Part shown: one piece after another, positions 1 through 11,465 of the stretch
Position numbering within the stretch: position 1 is the stretch's first letter
Layout of the letters: each line of letters begins with the position of its first letter
Assembly (NCBI RefSeq): GCF_006345805.1
Contig: NC_042999.1
Location: 36,518,001 to 36,582,000, forward strand
Source of the DNA: Octopus sinensis
Lineage: Eukaryota
Direction: 5' to 3'
Length of the DNA: 64,000 bases
Program-made: the position numbers and the translations under genes
The notes under the pieces: model-generated
The model's input: the letters and a program-made list of their open reading frames with translations, nothing else
Databases searched by the model: none
What the model was told of the DNA's origin: nothing

Positions 1-165
1 TGGTTCGACCGGGGATCTGGGAAGCCAGAAGGATGCACCAGGCTCCGGTCTTATCTGGCAATGTTTCTACAGCTGGATGCCCTTCCTAACTCCGTGAGTG
101 TAGTGGGTGCTTTTTACGTGCCACCTGCACTGGTGCTGGCATCTGGCACCAGTGCAGGTGAAAAT
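1..165 (-). mobile_element. RTE-type 3' tail fragment
   Basis: Reverse complement of the RTE tail (ctacagctggatgcccttcctaac...gtgtagtgggtgctttttacgtgcc). Further copies at about 19365-19450, 23495-23700, 26403-26500, 31455-31830, 32350-32600, 48570-48730 (all -), and 39343-39580, 49680-50168 (+). Confidence 0.85.
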
Positions 166-176
166 ATGTACATATG

Positions 177-573
177 TATACATATAAAAAAAGTCTGACT
201 TACACAGAATAGAAATGATATTAGGAATTAAAGGGGTTGAATAAGAGTATTAAGAGTCTAACAGCTGTTTCTGGGGACTTGGTGGTCCAAAATAATGATT
301 GTAACTTGATTTCATCATTGGATAACACCAGCCCCTTTTACTTTTGAGGCATTGACAGAATGGACTTTAAACTCCATTCTCTCAATGTCTCAAAAGTAAA
401 ATTCTTCCCTGATGACAGAGGCTGGTGTTATCCAATGATAGAATCAAGTTACAATCATTATTATCATTTACCAAGCCTCCCAGAAACAGCTGTTGAACTT
501 GTAATACTCTTATTCAACCCCCTTGATTCATGATATTTCTATTCTGTTAGTCAGACTTTTTTTTTATATGTAT
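177..573. repeat. Fold-back element with about 155-bp inverted arms and a hammerhead-like motif at 405-497 (+)
   Basis: About 177-335 pairs with about 419-573. CTGATGA at 409, GAAACAGCTGTT at 483. Confidence 0.75.
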
Positions 574-972
574 GGCTGTGTGGTAAGTAGCTTGCTTACC
601 AACCACATGGTTCCGGGTTCGGTCCCACTGCATGGCACCTTGGGCAAGTGTCTTCTACTATAGCCTCGGGCCGACCAAAGCCTTGTGAGTGGATTTGGTA
701 GACAGAAACTGAAAGAAGCCCGTCGTATATATGTATATATATATATATATGCGTATTTTTGTGTGTTGTGTTTGTCCTCCTCCCCCCAACATCGCTTGAC
801 AACCGATGCTGGTGTGTTTATGTCCCCGTAACTTAGCGGTTCGGCAAAAGAGACCGATAGAATAAGTACTAGGCTTACAAAAAATAAGTCCTGGGGTCGA
901 TTTGCTCGACTAAAGGCGGTGCTCCAGCATGGTCACAGTCACATGACTGAAACAAGTAAAAGAGTAAAAGAG
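572..972 (+). mobile_element. tRNA-derived SINE family A (tail ending in GTAAAAGA repeats)
   Basis: Head ggctgtgtggtaagtagc...gggttcggtcccactg (A/B boxes), core ggcaccttgggcaagtgtcttc, internal (TA)n, tail tgactgaaacaagtaaaagag. Confidence 0.9.
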
Positions 973-1066
973 ATATGTACATTTTTTTGTATTAAATGTA
1001 TTTAATATTTTTTTTTGTATATCAACTCACCTAACTTGCTTGTCCTTACATTTACTCCTATATATA

Positions 1067-1833
1067 CAGAGTGGGGAAGAGAGGACGGACGTTTTTGAAA
1101 TGGCTATTACTCAGCCCCAGGGGGAGGGACATATGTGCAACAGTTACCATTGAGTCTGTGGTGTCTTTGCATTTTTTTTACTTTTTTACTTTTCAGGTGA
1201 AGCCATGGCGCTGTGAACGATAGAGCATCATGTGTTTGCCTATGATAGTTATGTGAAGAATAACGAGTCTGTCACAGTAGTTCAGCATGAGTTTTGGTGC
1301 TACTTCAACATTCACCGAAATCAGGCTGTTCCCACTCATAACACAATCTTACGTTGGGTAAATGCTTTCATATACAAGGTACGCTAATGAATAGGAGACC
1401 AGTGAGGGTGCCATGAACAGTACAGACCCCAGAAAATGTGGAACACATCAGACAAGCTTTGATATGGAGTGTAAATCACTCTGCTTGGAGGTATTTCACT
1501 GAACTTAGCATTGGTAATCAATCAGTAAGGTGTATTTTGCATGAAGATCTGCTTTTCCACCTATACAAATTGGTCACTGGGCAACAGTTGAAATCATGGG
1601 ACTCTGCACAGAACAATGTGCAGAGGTCAATTTCCAAGAACAGAGCAGAGGTCAATTTCCAAGAACACCTTCAGAAATGCATCAAGGAAAACGGACACCA
1701 GATGGTGGATATTGTTTTCCACGCTTAATTCTGACTAATGCTAATTCAATACAAACACATTGATGTCAATAAAATTTGTTTGCAGTTAAAATTTATGATT
1801 TTGTAACGTTTTCAAAAACGTCTGTCCTCTCTG
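1067..1833 (+). mobile_element. Internally deleted IS630-Tc1-mariner element (rosa/DD41D-like N-terminus)
   Basis: Inverted ends AGAGAGGACGGACGTTTTTGAAA and revcomp AGAGAGGACAGACGTTTTTGAAA. Remnant IEHHVFAYDSYVKNNESVTVVQHEFWCYFNIHRNQAVPTHNTILRWVN and C-terminus FQEHLQKCIKENGHQMVDIVF. Confidence 0.75.
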
Positions 1834-1839
1834 CATATA

Positions 1840-1875
1840 TTATGTGTGTGTGTGTATATATATATGTATATATAT

Positions 1876-1907
<32 letters not shown>

Positions 1908-1973
1908 CACACACAAATTTATATATTTATACACTTATACATATATATATATATATTTATACATATATAAATG

Positions 1974-2010
<37 letters not shown>

Positions 2011-2310
2011 GCTAAAATGTCACATTCAATCACAGCACCAGTAACAGTTAAGCTTCGTGCAATGGCCATACTCGATAATGAGGGGGCAGCCATAATATAT
2101 ATATCTGTACATATGTATATATATTTATACATATGTATATATAATATATATACATATATGTATATATATATATACATATATGTATATATATATATACATT
2201 TATAAGTATATACATATGCATACACACATATATATACATACATATATACATATACATATACATGCATGCATGCATGCATACATACATACATACATACATA
2301 CATACATACA

Positions 2311-2341
<31 letters not shown>

Positions 2342-2375
2342 GATGATGATGATGATGATGATGATATATATATAT
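1840..2375. repeat. Compound microsatellite field (TA)n/(CATA)n/(GAT)n
   Basis: Read directly from the sequence; it explains the Y/I/H-rich spurious ORFs. Confidence 0.95.
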
Positions 2376-2570
2376 ATGTATTGTTGGCGATTATCTTTCT
2401 CCGTCTTCCCTTCTTTGGACTTTATCTTCTTTTCAATATTTCTGATGAAGAGCTCTGCTCGAAATGTGAAATCCTCCTTCTTTCTTTTCTTTCCAGAGCG
2501 TCCAATAACACTATACTTATTCCTCGTCCTCGTGTTGTTGTGTTTTCTCTTTGTGTCTTCATGTTTAGAT

Positions 2571-2577
<7 letters not shown>
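2375..2577 (+). mobile_element. About 200-bp hammerhead-bearing repeat (Penelope-like pLTR or retrozyme type)
   Basis: ATTT CTGATGA A GAGC-TCT-GCTC GAAAT GTG AAAT at 2438-2472. Homologs at 46556-46755 and 53436-53650, all ending in ATTAACTA. Confidence 0.7.
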
Positions 2578-2615
<38 letters not shown>

Positions 2616-3337
2616 TAATGTTTTACTCAGGCATAGTACTACTAATACCCTGTTATTAGAACTCAGTATACATATGCTTTGAAATATAGCATCAGTTGAG
2701 TACAGAGTGTATATCTATATATCTATATTCTGTCTACCAAATTCACTTACAAGGCTTTGGTTGGCCCAGGGCTATAGGAAAAGACATTTACCCAAAGTGC
2801 CATGTATAGGCATCATTCCTGCACCTATAATTTTTACTAGAAATTCTATTCATCTTTACTGAAGCCTATAATATAATTTCAATTTTAATAAAAAAAACAT
2901 CTCTGAAATCTGTAATCTGCTTTCTCATATCACTGTTGTTCTATGTACCATTGCCCTTTAACTACTTGATAACCATAGATACTGAAGGGCTAATTTATAC
3001 ACTCTTTATTGATAAACCTAAATATCAGAACACAGTTGATATTTTCACTGGAGAGTAGAACTGTTAATATAAGGATGAATCAGAGATAAATACTTTAATC
3101 AGATGGCAGTAATAACCTATAGAACAAATCAGCATCACCAATGAGTGTATAAAGGAGTGAACATGATACATATGGACAATGACAATTTGCAATATTAGCT
3201 TCTGCTAGCCCCCTCCCTTGTTCTTATTCTCTGTGACAAAACTCCTTGCTTCACAATCACAATGTTCTCTGTAAAACTATGGATTCAGTAATAAAATATA
3301 AAACCTTCAGACATTTAGCAAGCTATAGTTCTCCAGT

Positions 3338-3505
3338 ATAGGTGCAGGAGTGGCTGTGTGGAAAGTAGCTTGTTTACCAACCACATGGTTCCGGGTTCAG
3401 TCCCACTGCATGGCACCTTGGGCAAGTGTCTTCTACTATAGCCTCGGGCCAACCAAAGCCTTGTGTGTGGATTTGGTAGGCAGAAACTGAAAGAAGTCTG
3501 TCGTA

Positions 3506-3565
<60 letters not shown>

Positions 3566-3745
3566 ATGTATGTGTGTATAGGTTTGTGTGTCTGTGTTTG
3601 TCCCCACAACATTGCTTGACAACCGATGGTGGTGTGTTTACATCCCCATAACTGAGCGGTTCGGCAAAAGAGACCGATAGAATAAGTACTAGGCTTACAA
3701 AGAATAAGTCCTGGGGTCAATTTGCTGGAAACATGTAAAAGAGAG
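3338..3745 (+). mobile_element. SINE family A
   Basis: Same head, core and tail as 572-972; tail partly deleted. Confidence 0.9.
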
Positions 3746-4481
3746 TACTAATGTCATTTCTAAATTTCATACAATCTATGGACACCAAACTTATGTTGTG
3801 TATGTTTATATACTTGATGTAGTTAATACAAGAAGTTATGAATAATTAAATATTTTTCTAATTTGCCTATCTTTCAAATTTTGGCACAAGGTCAACAATT
3901 TTAAGGGGAAAGGTAAAGTTGATTATGCTGTTCTCCCTACCCCTTTACTTGGCAGTTAATTATTTTATTGACCCCTAGAAGGATGAAAGGCAAGTTTGAC
4001 TTCAAGAGAATTTGAACTCGGAGCTTAATGAGTCAGGAAAATACTGTAAAGCATTTTTATAATGCTCTAACAGTTCTGCCTTTTAAATTAATTAAATTTC
4101 AAATACAGAAATGCATGCATCTGATCTTTAGCAATTTAGATAACTGAGTACATGTTTTCATATTATTAAACCTCATCAGCAAACCTGAGAGAACATGTTT
4201 CAATGGCCAGAAACATGTTGAACTATGTAAAATTGAGCTGTTTTTTGTAATAAATACAACTAAAACAAAATTTTTTTCATGGACATCTCAATAATACTAT
4301 GGATCCCCAATTTACTATTTTGCTTCCATAAACTCCCAAAAATCTTATATTGACCCTCAGGGGTCACATGGACCATAGCTAAAAAAAATTGTTTTTGGAA
4401 GTTATGAAATAACATCTTAAATGATATACAGTTTACATTATTTACATTTGACAGATAGTTGTCCTCATCTTGTTTGTTGTT

Positions 4482-4526
4482 AACACAACGTTTTGGCTGA
4501 TATACTCTCCAGCTTCATCAGGTGTC
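4482..4526 (-). ncRNA. Degenerate minimal hammerhead motif
   Basis: GACAC CTGATGA AGCTG-GAGAGTATAT-CAGCC AAAAC GTT GTGTT: stem I GACAC/GTGTT and palindromic AACGTT, but GAAA reads AAAA. Confidence 0.6.
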
Positions 4527-4773
4527 TTGGGAAAATTTTGAACCTGGGTTCTCATTCCTAAGGTATTTCTCGATATTATTATTATTATTATTGTTGTTGT
4601 TGTTGGTGTTGTTGTTATTATTATTATTCAAGTCACTGCCTGGAATTGAACTCAGAATCTTGGGGTTAGTAGCCCGCGCTCTTAACCACTACACCAAATA
4701 TCCGTCAAATGTAAATAATGTAAATAAGTACATAATTCCTCATCTCTTAAATATAGAATTATATGCAGTTTAG

Positions 4774-4806
<33 letters not shown>

Positions 4807-5382
4807 TACAGATACTTTTTTAACACCAACAGTTACAAATTTATATATTTTATAATTGAATGCAAGTATGAAATTACTAAGTTTTGTATAAACAAAAGGA
4901 TCAAAGATAAAAAAAAAATGCATGTGGTGTTACTGCTCTCTGTTTTGCTATTGGTGCCATCTGTTGATTAACTATATTGTCAGAATAATATAATGAGGTT
5001 GCACTCAACTTGATGTCAATAGGTACAAAATGCAACAATTATCGCATGAATAGCTTAGAATTAGACAGATGATTAAAAATTTGATCATAGATATCAATTT
5101 CAATCTACATATTCTCTGTTGAAGGAAAGATTTCATGTCTGCTGTCACCATCATTATCGTCATCGTCATCATTTTAATGTTCACTTTCTCCATGCTTGTA
5201 TGGATCAGACAGAATTTGTTGAGGCAGATTTTTCTATATCCAGACACTCTTCTCATCACCAACCCTCATCTGTTTCCAAACAAGGTAATTCTCCCCCCCC
5301 CCCATGACCAGACATGTTTTCACAAATGGAAGTGAAAGACATTTCTTGCTAGATGGTGGTACTCATTTATAACTATTACACA

Positions 5383-5792
5383 ATAGGCGCAGGAGTGGCT
5401 GTTTGGTAAGTAGCTTGCTAACCAACCACATGGTTCCGGGTTCAGTCCCACTGCGTGGCATCTTGGGCAAGTGTCTTCTGCTATAGCCTCGGGCCGACCA
5501 AAGCCTTGTGAGTGGATTTGGTAGACGGAAACTGAAAGAAACCTGTCATATATATGTATATATATATAAGCGTGTGTATATGTTTGTGTGTCTGTGTTTG
5601 TCCCTCTAGCATTGCTTGACAACCGATGCTGGTGTGTTTACGTCCCCGTCACTTAGCGGTCCGGCAAAAGAGCCCGATAGAATAAGTACTGGGCTTACAA
5701 AGAATAAGTCCCGGGGTCGATTTGCTCGACTAAAGGCGGTGCTCCAGCATGGCCGCAGTCAAATGACTGAAACAAGTAAAAGAGTAAAGAGT
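5383..5792 (+). mobile_element. SINE family A
   Basis: Full-length, starts ataggcgcaggagtggctg. Confidence 0.9.
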
Positions 5793-6407
5793 AATGTCAT
5801 GGCAGGGAGATAATCTCTCTCACACACATATGCATGCATCCATCCATCCATACACAAATACATACATACATACAGACAGACAGAAAATTAATCTGGTCAG
5901 GTACACGTATGGCTGTGTGGTTATGACACTCAGATTGTATTGGCACGGGCTGGAGTTGGCAAGGATTTATCTCCCCATTGGTGATATAAGCAAGCATGCA
6001 TTTTGCACCAAAAGCCAATATGAGGGTTTCTCTCAAGTTATCTACTGCAGTATAGTTTGTTCTAACAGAACATCTATGTTTAAGTGGGAAAAAATATTAC
6101 CTCTCGGTTTTAAACTGCCTCTGTCGCTAACATATATTTTTTTAACAAGCTCCTTGATAGTGGAATGAGTCACTACAAACTATAGCGTTTGAGTGTCCAT
6201 TATCGATGAGACCAGAGAAGGTCAAAATCACATGATCTGGTGATCTCAGTGTTGGAGTTGGTGAGGATTTATCTCCCTGCTAGCAATATAAACAAGCATG
6301 CATCTTGCACTAAAAGCCTAAATGAGAGTTTTTCTCATGTTATTTACCACAGTAAAGTTTTTTTCTAACAGCACATCCATGTTTAAGTGGGAATAAATAC
6401 CACTAAA

Positions 6408-6796
6408 GGGGAGGAAGCACTCCGTCGGTTACGACGACGAGGGTTCCGGTTGATCCGACCAACGGAGCAGCCTGCTCGTGAAATTAACGTGTAAGTGGCT
6501 GAGCACTCCACAGACACGTGTACCTTTAACGTAGTTCTCGGGGATATTCAGCGTGACACAGAGTGTGACAAGGCTGGCCCTTTGAAATACAGGTACAACA
6601 GAAACAGGAAGTAAGAGTGAGAGAAAGTTGTGGTGAAAGAGTACAGCAGGGATCACCGCCATCCCCTGCCGGAGCCTCGTGGAGCTTTAGGTGTTTTCGC
6701 TCAATAAACGCTCACAACACCCGGTCTGGGAATCGAAACCGCGATCCTATGACCGCGAGTCCGCTGCCCTAACCACTGGGCCATTGTGCCTCCACA
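6408..6796 (-). mobile_element. tRNA-derived SINE family D, tail type 1
   Basis: Minus-strand head tgtggaggcacaatggcccagtggttagggcagcggactcgcgg...ggtttcgattccc. Second copy at 19473-19838. Confidence 0.9.
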
Positions 6797-7179
6797 TAAA
6801 TACCACTACTACTCGGAGGAAACAGTAGTTTCTGAACTCAAACAAATTACCGAAAAATGTGTCTCCGTGGATGAAAGATAAGAGAACTGCCCAAAGAAAT
6901 CAATTTGCTACAAATCATAAAAGTTTTAGAACCAATTGCAATTATGTCATTTTGTGTCTGTAAAAACTTCATGTCCAACTAGTTTGAACTTGCTACAGCT
7001 GAGCTGATCAGCTGATCACAAACAAATGAGAGTTTTCTGCAAGCAGACAGCAACAGACAAGGACATTTGTAATGTCCAAACACAGATTTTGTAGAACTGG
7101 CAGACAGAAAGATATAAACTCACCATTTGTGCTTATAATCTTAGAATTACATCAGCATCAGCATCAGCATTATAATTAC

Positions 7180-7589
7180 ATAGACGCAGGAGTGGCTGTG
7201 TGGTAAGTAGCTTGTCTACCAACCACATGGTTCCAGGTTCAGTCCCACTGCGTGGCACCTTGGGCAAGTGTCTTCTACTATAGCCTCGGGCCGACCAATG
7301 CCTTGTGAGTGGATTTGGTAGACGGAAACTGAAAGAAGCCCGTTGTATATATGTATATATATATATGCGTGTGTGTGTTTGTGTGTCTGTGTTTGTCCTC
7401 TAGCATTGCTTGACAACCGATGCTGGTGTGTTTATGTCCCCGTTGCTTAGCGGTTCGGCAAAAGAGACCGATAGAATAAGTACTGAGCTTACAAAAGAAT
7501 AAGTCCCGGGGTCGAGTTGCTCGACTAAAGGCGGTGCTCCAGCATGGCCGCAGTCAAATGACTGAAACAAGTAAAAGAGTAAAAGAGAG
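7180..7589 (+). mobile_element. SINE family A
   Basis: Full-length copy. Confidence 0.9.
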
Positions 7590-7903
7590 TATCAACAAAT
7601 AGTTTGAATGGAATATGAATGCTGACAAACTTGTTGGAATTTATATTTCAATTAAAAAATTATACACAGTAATAAATTACATGTCAATTACAAGCATTTT
7701 AAATCTAAGTAGTACATAACTGGTACATATTTAGAAGTATTGTTTTCAATGTAGCTGCAACGAAGCCACAAATTTTTTAAAATTTTATAAAAAGGATATT
7801 CATAGCATCAACATTTGATTTAAGGATTTTGTTTGTACAACATTTTGGCAGCCTAACATGTTCAGCAACATTCTTTTATGCAAACCAGTCTACTGGCTGC
7901 AAA

Positions 7904-8287
7904 TCTGTATATATAAAGCTGAAGTTGTCTGTGTGGCAGGTTTGGTAGCCTTCAACTAACACTATCTCTTCCGAGACCCTGCGGCGCAAGTTGACCAAAA
8001 TTGAGAGTATGATTGAAGGCTTGCTCTTCATTCTGTAGAAGATAAAATTCAAATCGGACCATGTTAACACCAAAAATTATTTACATCAAAAAGGTGCTTT
8101 TTTTCTATGAAAATCTTTATTTTTACGATTTTTTGACTGCTGTGTCGCCATTTTTCAGTGTATTTCAACAAAAAAAATGTTCTCTTAAAGAGAATAACAA
8201 GCTACATAATGCAAAATTTTTACTTTTCAAAAATTCCAATTCTAAAGGGTTGAAACAAACCTGAGCAACGCCAGGCGATACTGCTAG
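7904..8287 (+). mobile_element. Non-autonomous Helitron-like element
   Basis: A|TCTGTATATATAAAGCTG start; 3' end with CCTG-agcaacgc-CAGG hairpin, then CTAG|T; no TSD. Confidence 0.7.
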
Positions 8288-9146
8288 TGTTTGATATTTT
8301 CATACAATTTTTAAAAATTAAATTTTCCAGTTGCAAATGAATTAAGTTTTACTTACAGAAAAATTAATTTACTAGTGTTGGCCAATTTTGACCAAGTTCT
8401 ATCAATTGTATTGGCTAAATAAAATACAATAACACAGACTTAACAACACAGAAAAAGGTTGCATACAAAAACATTTTTCAAACATAGTTGATTTTGATCA
8501 GTCATGGGCAAACTATGGCCTGTGAAATTTCTGAATGACAAGCCTAATATAAAAAAATAACCTTGAATTTTTTTTACTAGAGTATGACTAGTATACTAGT
8601 GTGTGACTAGTAACCTATGACAAGCATTGTCTCATACTGCCTACTTTTCAAAAAAGGATGCCCATACCTGATTTAGATCAAAATGATTTAACAGAAAAAG
8701 TTCAGAGAGCAGATACAATAATCCTTTCTGAGCTAAAATGTTTACATTCTTTCTAAAAAAACTATAACATTTGACATTAATGTTACTGATTAACTGGGCA
8801 TAACGACACAAGTGTTCTCTCTCCCATTCATTCTGCGCTTATACCAATTAACTGTATATAGTCATTTTATTTGTTTAGAAAGTTGTTATTTATGACTAAA
8901 CTTGAGCCTACAATTGTATTGTAAGGAAAAAAAAAATTTATCAATGGATATCACCGAAGGACATGGAATTATTAGTATAGGACAAAATGCCTTGCAGTAT
9001 TTGTACCTTCTAAGTTCAAATCTGGCTAAATCAAATTTGCTTTTCATCCTTTCAAGGTAAATAAAATAAAGTACCTATCAAGTACTGGGGTTGATCCAAA
9101 CGACCAACCATCCTACTAACAATTTACAGCTTTGTGCCTGTATTAA

Positions 9147-9367
9147 CCCTTTTGTTACCAGCCCGGCTGAAACCGGCTCTGGCTCTGTAGTACAAATGTC
9201 TTGTTTTCATAAGTTTTGAATTAAAATCTTCCATCAAACCTTAGTCCCAATTTATGTTCCCACCACTAGCTTAATGATGACTAAGTTATTTTACTAAATT
9301 CTTTGTTATATTTAAAATAATTGAAAGAGACACAGAGCATCCCAAAATAAATACGGTAACGAAAGGG
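9147..9367. mobile_element. piggyBac-like MITE family 1
   Basis: TTAA-CCCTTTTGTTACC...GGTAACGAAAGGG-TTAA. Homologous copies at 19019-19239 and 54871-55092. Confidence 0.85.
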
Positions 9368-9843
9368 TTAAAGACAACACTTCTAAGTATGTACTGATTG
9401 TTTAGTATTTACAGTTAAAAATACATGTAATCAATATGTCATTTGTTCAAGTGTGTACCTTCTTTACGGAAATATGAATGCTGACAAGTTTGTAGGCATT
9501 CATATCCCATTCAAGTTGTTTGTTTTTTGCTTATGTAATTATAAATGCCAGCAGTGAATGTCAGTTTTCCAGACAATAAACAATTTTAAATAAGTGTAGA
9601 CTTGGCCATGTGGTATGAAGTTTGCTTCCTAATCACATGGTCCTGGATCCAGTCCCACTGTGTGTGCCTTTCTCTAATATCCCCAAGCTGATCAAAGCTT
9701 TGTGAGTGGATTTGATAGGGGGAACTGAAAGAAACTTGCTGTGGGCACGTGCACACGTGTGTGCGTGAATGTGTGTGTGTGTATGTATGTGTGTGTGTGT
9801 GCGTGTTTGTTTGTGTCTCCATGTCTTGACATTCTCTTATGTT

Positions 9844-10247
9844 TTTACTCTTTTACTTGTTTCAGTCATTTGACTGTGGCTATGCTGGAGCACAACCTTT
9901 AGTCAAGCTAATCGACCCCAGGACTTATTCTTTGTAAGCCTAGTACTTATTCTATTGGTCTCTTTTGCTGAACTGCTAAGTTATGGGGATGTAAACACAC
10001 CAGCATCAGTTGTCAAGCAATGTTTGGGAGACAAACACAGACACACAAACATACACACACGCACACATATATATACATATATACGATGGGCTTCTTTCAG
10101 TTTCCATCTACCAAATCCACTCACAAGGCTTTGGTTGGCCCAAGGCTATAGTAGAAGACACTTGCCCAAGGTGCCACACAGTGGGACTGAACCAGGAACC
10201 ATGTTGTTGGTAAGCAAGCTACTTACCACACAGCCACTCCTACGCCT
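9844..10247 (-). mobile_element. SINE family A
   Basis: Reverse-complement full-length copy; a degenerate + copy lies at about 9590-9840. Confidence 0.9.
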
Positions 10248-10657
10248 GCGTAACAGTCGTTAAATGATTGTCAACTGTCATAGCAGCAGTGCCATTCATT
10301 TCCAATATTCTACAAGAACATGTCTAGCTATGGAGAATTATTATCTTGCTTGGAAACAGCTAACGGTTGGTGACAGCAAAAGCATTCAGCTGTAGAATAT
10401 CTGCTTCAGTAAACTCCAACCAACCCATGCAAGTATGGAAGAGTGGACATTAAAATAATGATGATGAATGATGAATAAGTCCTTAAATATTTTTAAAATA
10501 TTTTTATGTATGAAAATCCCTCATAGTGTGTACAATTGGAAGAGGCACATACCTGAAACTTATGTGATAAAAGTAGATATTAATTACAACCATGGTTTTC
10601 TGTGGTAATCATCATATACTTTTGATTACATCATAGCATACATGGCTGGTTAAAATC

Positions 10658-11087
10658 TGACACAAGGAGGAATTACAACCATATTTCGTGGTCTGCTACC
10701 ACAACAGCTCCTTTATAGGATCCAGTTAGCTCAAGACATCATCAGGAGGAACCACGTCTGGTTTCGGTCCCTACTCCTCTACTGTTTTGACATGACGCCC
10801 CCCCCCCTTTCAGAGGTGTCTTCAGCTCTGGTGTTGGGTGCATGTCTTCTTTCTTCTTTCTTCTGTTCCCTAGCCTCTTCGATGTAGCATCGAGTGCCAG
10901 CGGGCGACTGACTGACTGACTTGTCAAATTTTTTCCCTTTAAATACCTACTGCTAGGCTCCAGCAGACAGCCCCAGCAAGCTGTCACGTGACACCGTCTC
11001 AACTTTAACTGACCAATGAAGGCACGTAGTCTTAGCCCAAGTATATATACTTGATTAAAATAATCACTGGAATCCACACAGCTAACA
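10658..11087 (-). mobile_element. Possible solo LTR
   Basis: TG...CA ends. GC-richer island with minus-strand ATTGG, CACGTG, TATTTAAA and TCAGTC in promoter order. No TSD found. Confidence 0.35.
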
Positions 11088-11465
11088 TGTAAGTTGAGTA
11101 AATCATGTAATGATCACAGTTTTATTTACTCCACAATCTAGACTCCTTCAACAACATCAAAACAATCCTGTCAATAAGGGTGCTTCTATTTTGAGGTATA
11201 AAACATACAGCTTGCATCAATTTTTTGTCTCAATTTTATAGTAAGAGACTGTTTTTATTAGTTTCTAAATTTAAGAAATTGTATTAAAATATATATCACT
11301 AGCATATGTTTACAGATGGAGCCAGACTACAGTTGTGATTAACAATGGTTTCAATTAGTCAAATCAATGTGTCTTAAGGAATCTTATCACTATTACTTAA
11401 TAGAACTGTGTGTGTGTGTGTGTGTCTGTATAAATACAATTGTCATCTTCATTGTTTAATATATA

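Noticed and set aside
1776-2659. Many ORF-track entries rich in Y/I/H/T/C/V here and throughout the window
   Set aside because: Translations of (TA)n, (CA)n and (CATA)n microsatellites or of SINE consensus sequence; no protein signal.
4629-4696. Functional tRNA gene (likewise the other SINE heads)
   Set aside because: A/B boxes are present but the acceptor stem is not formed and there is no T-run terminator; treated as a tRNA-derived head.
10735-10771. Minus-strand GAAACCA-GACG-TGGTT-CCTC-CTGATGA resembling a permuted hammerhead
   Set aside because: Only 4 nt lie between the cleavage triplet and CTGATGA, so stem I cannot form, and the stem II pairing is poor.
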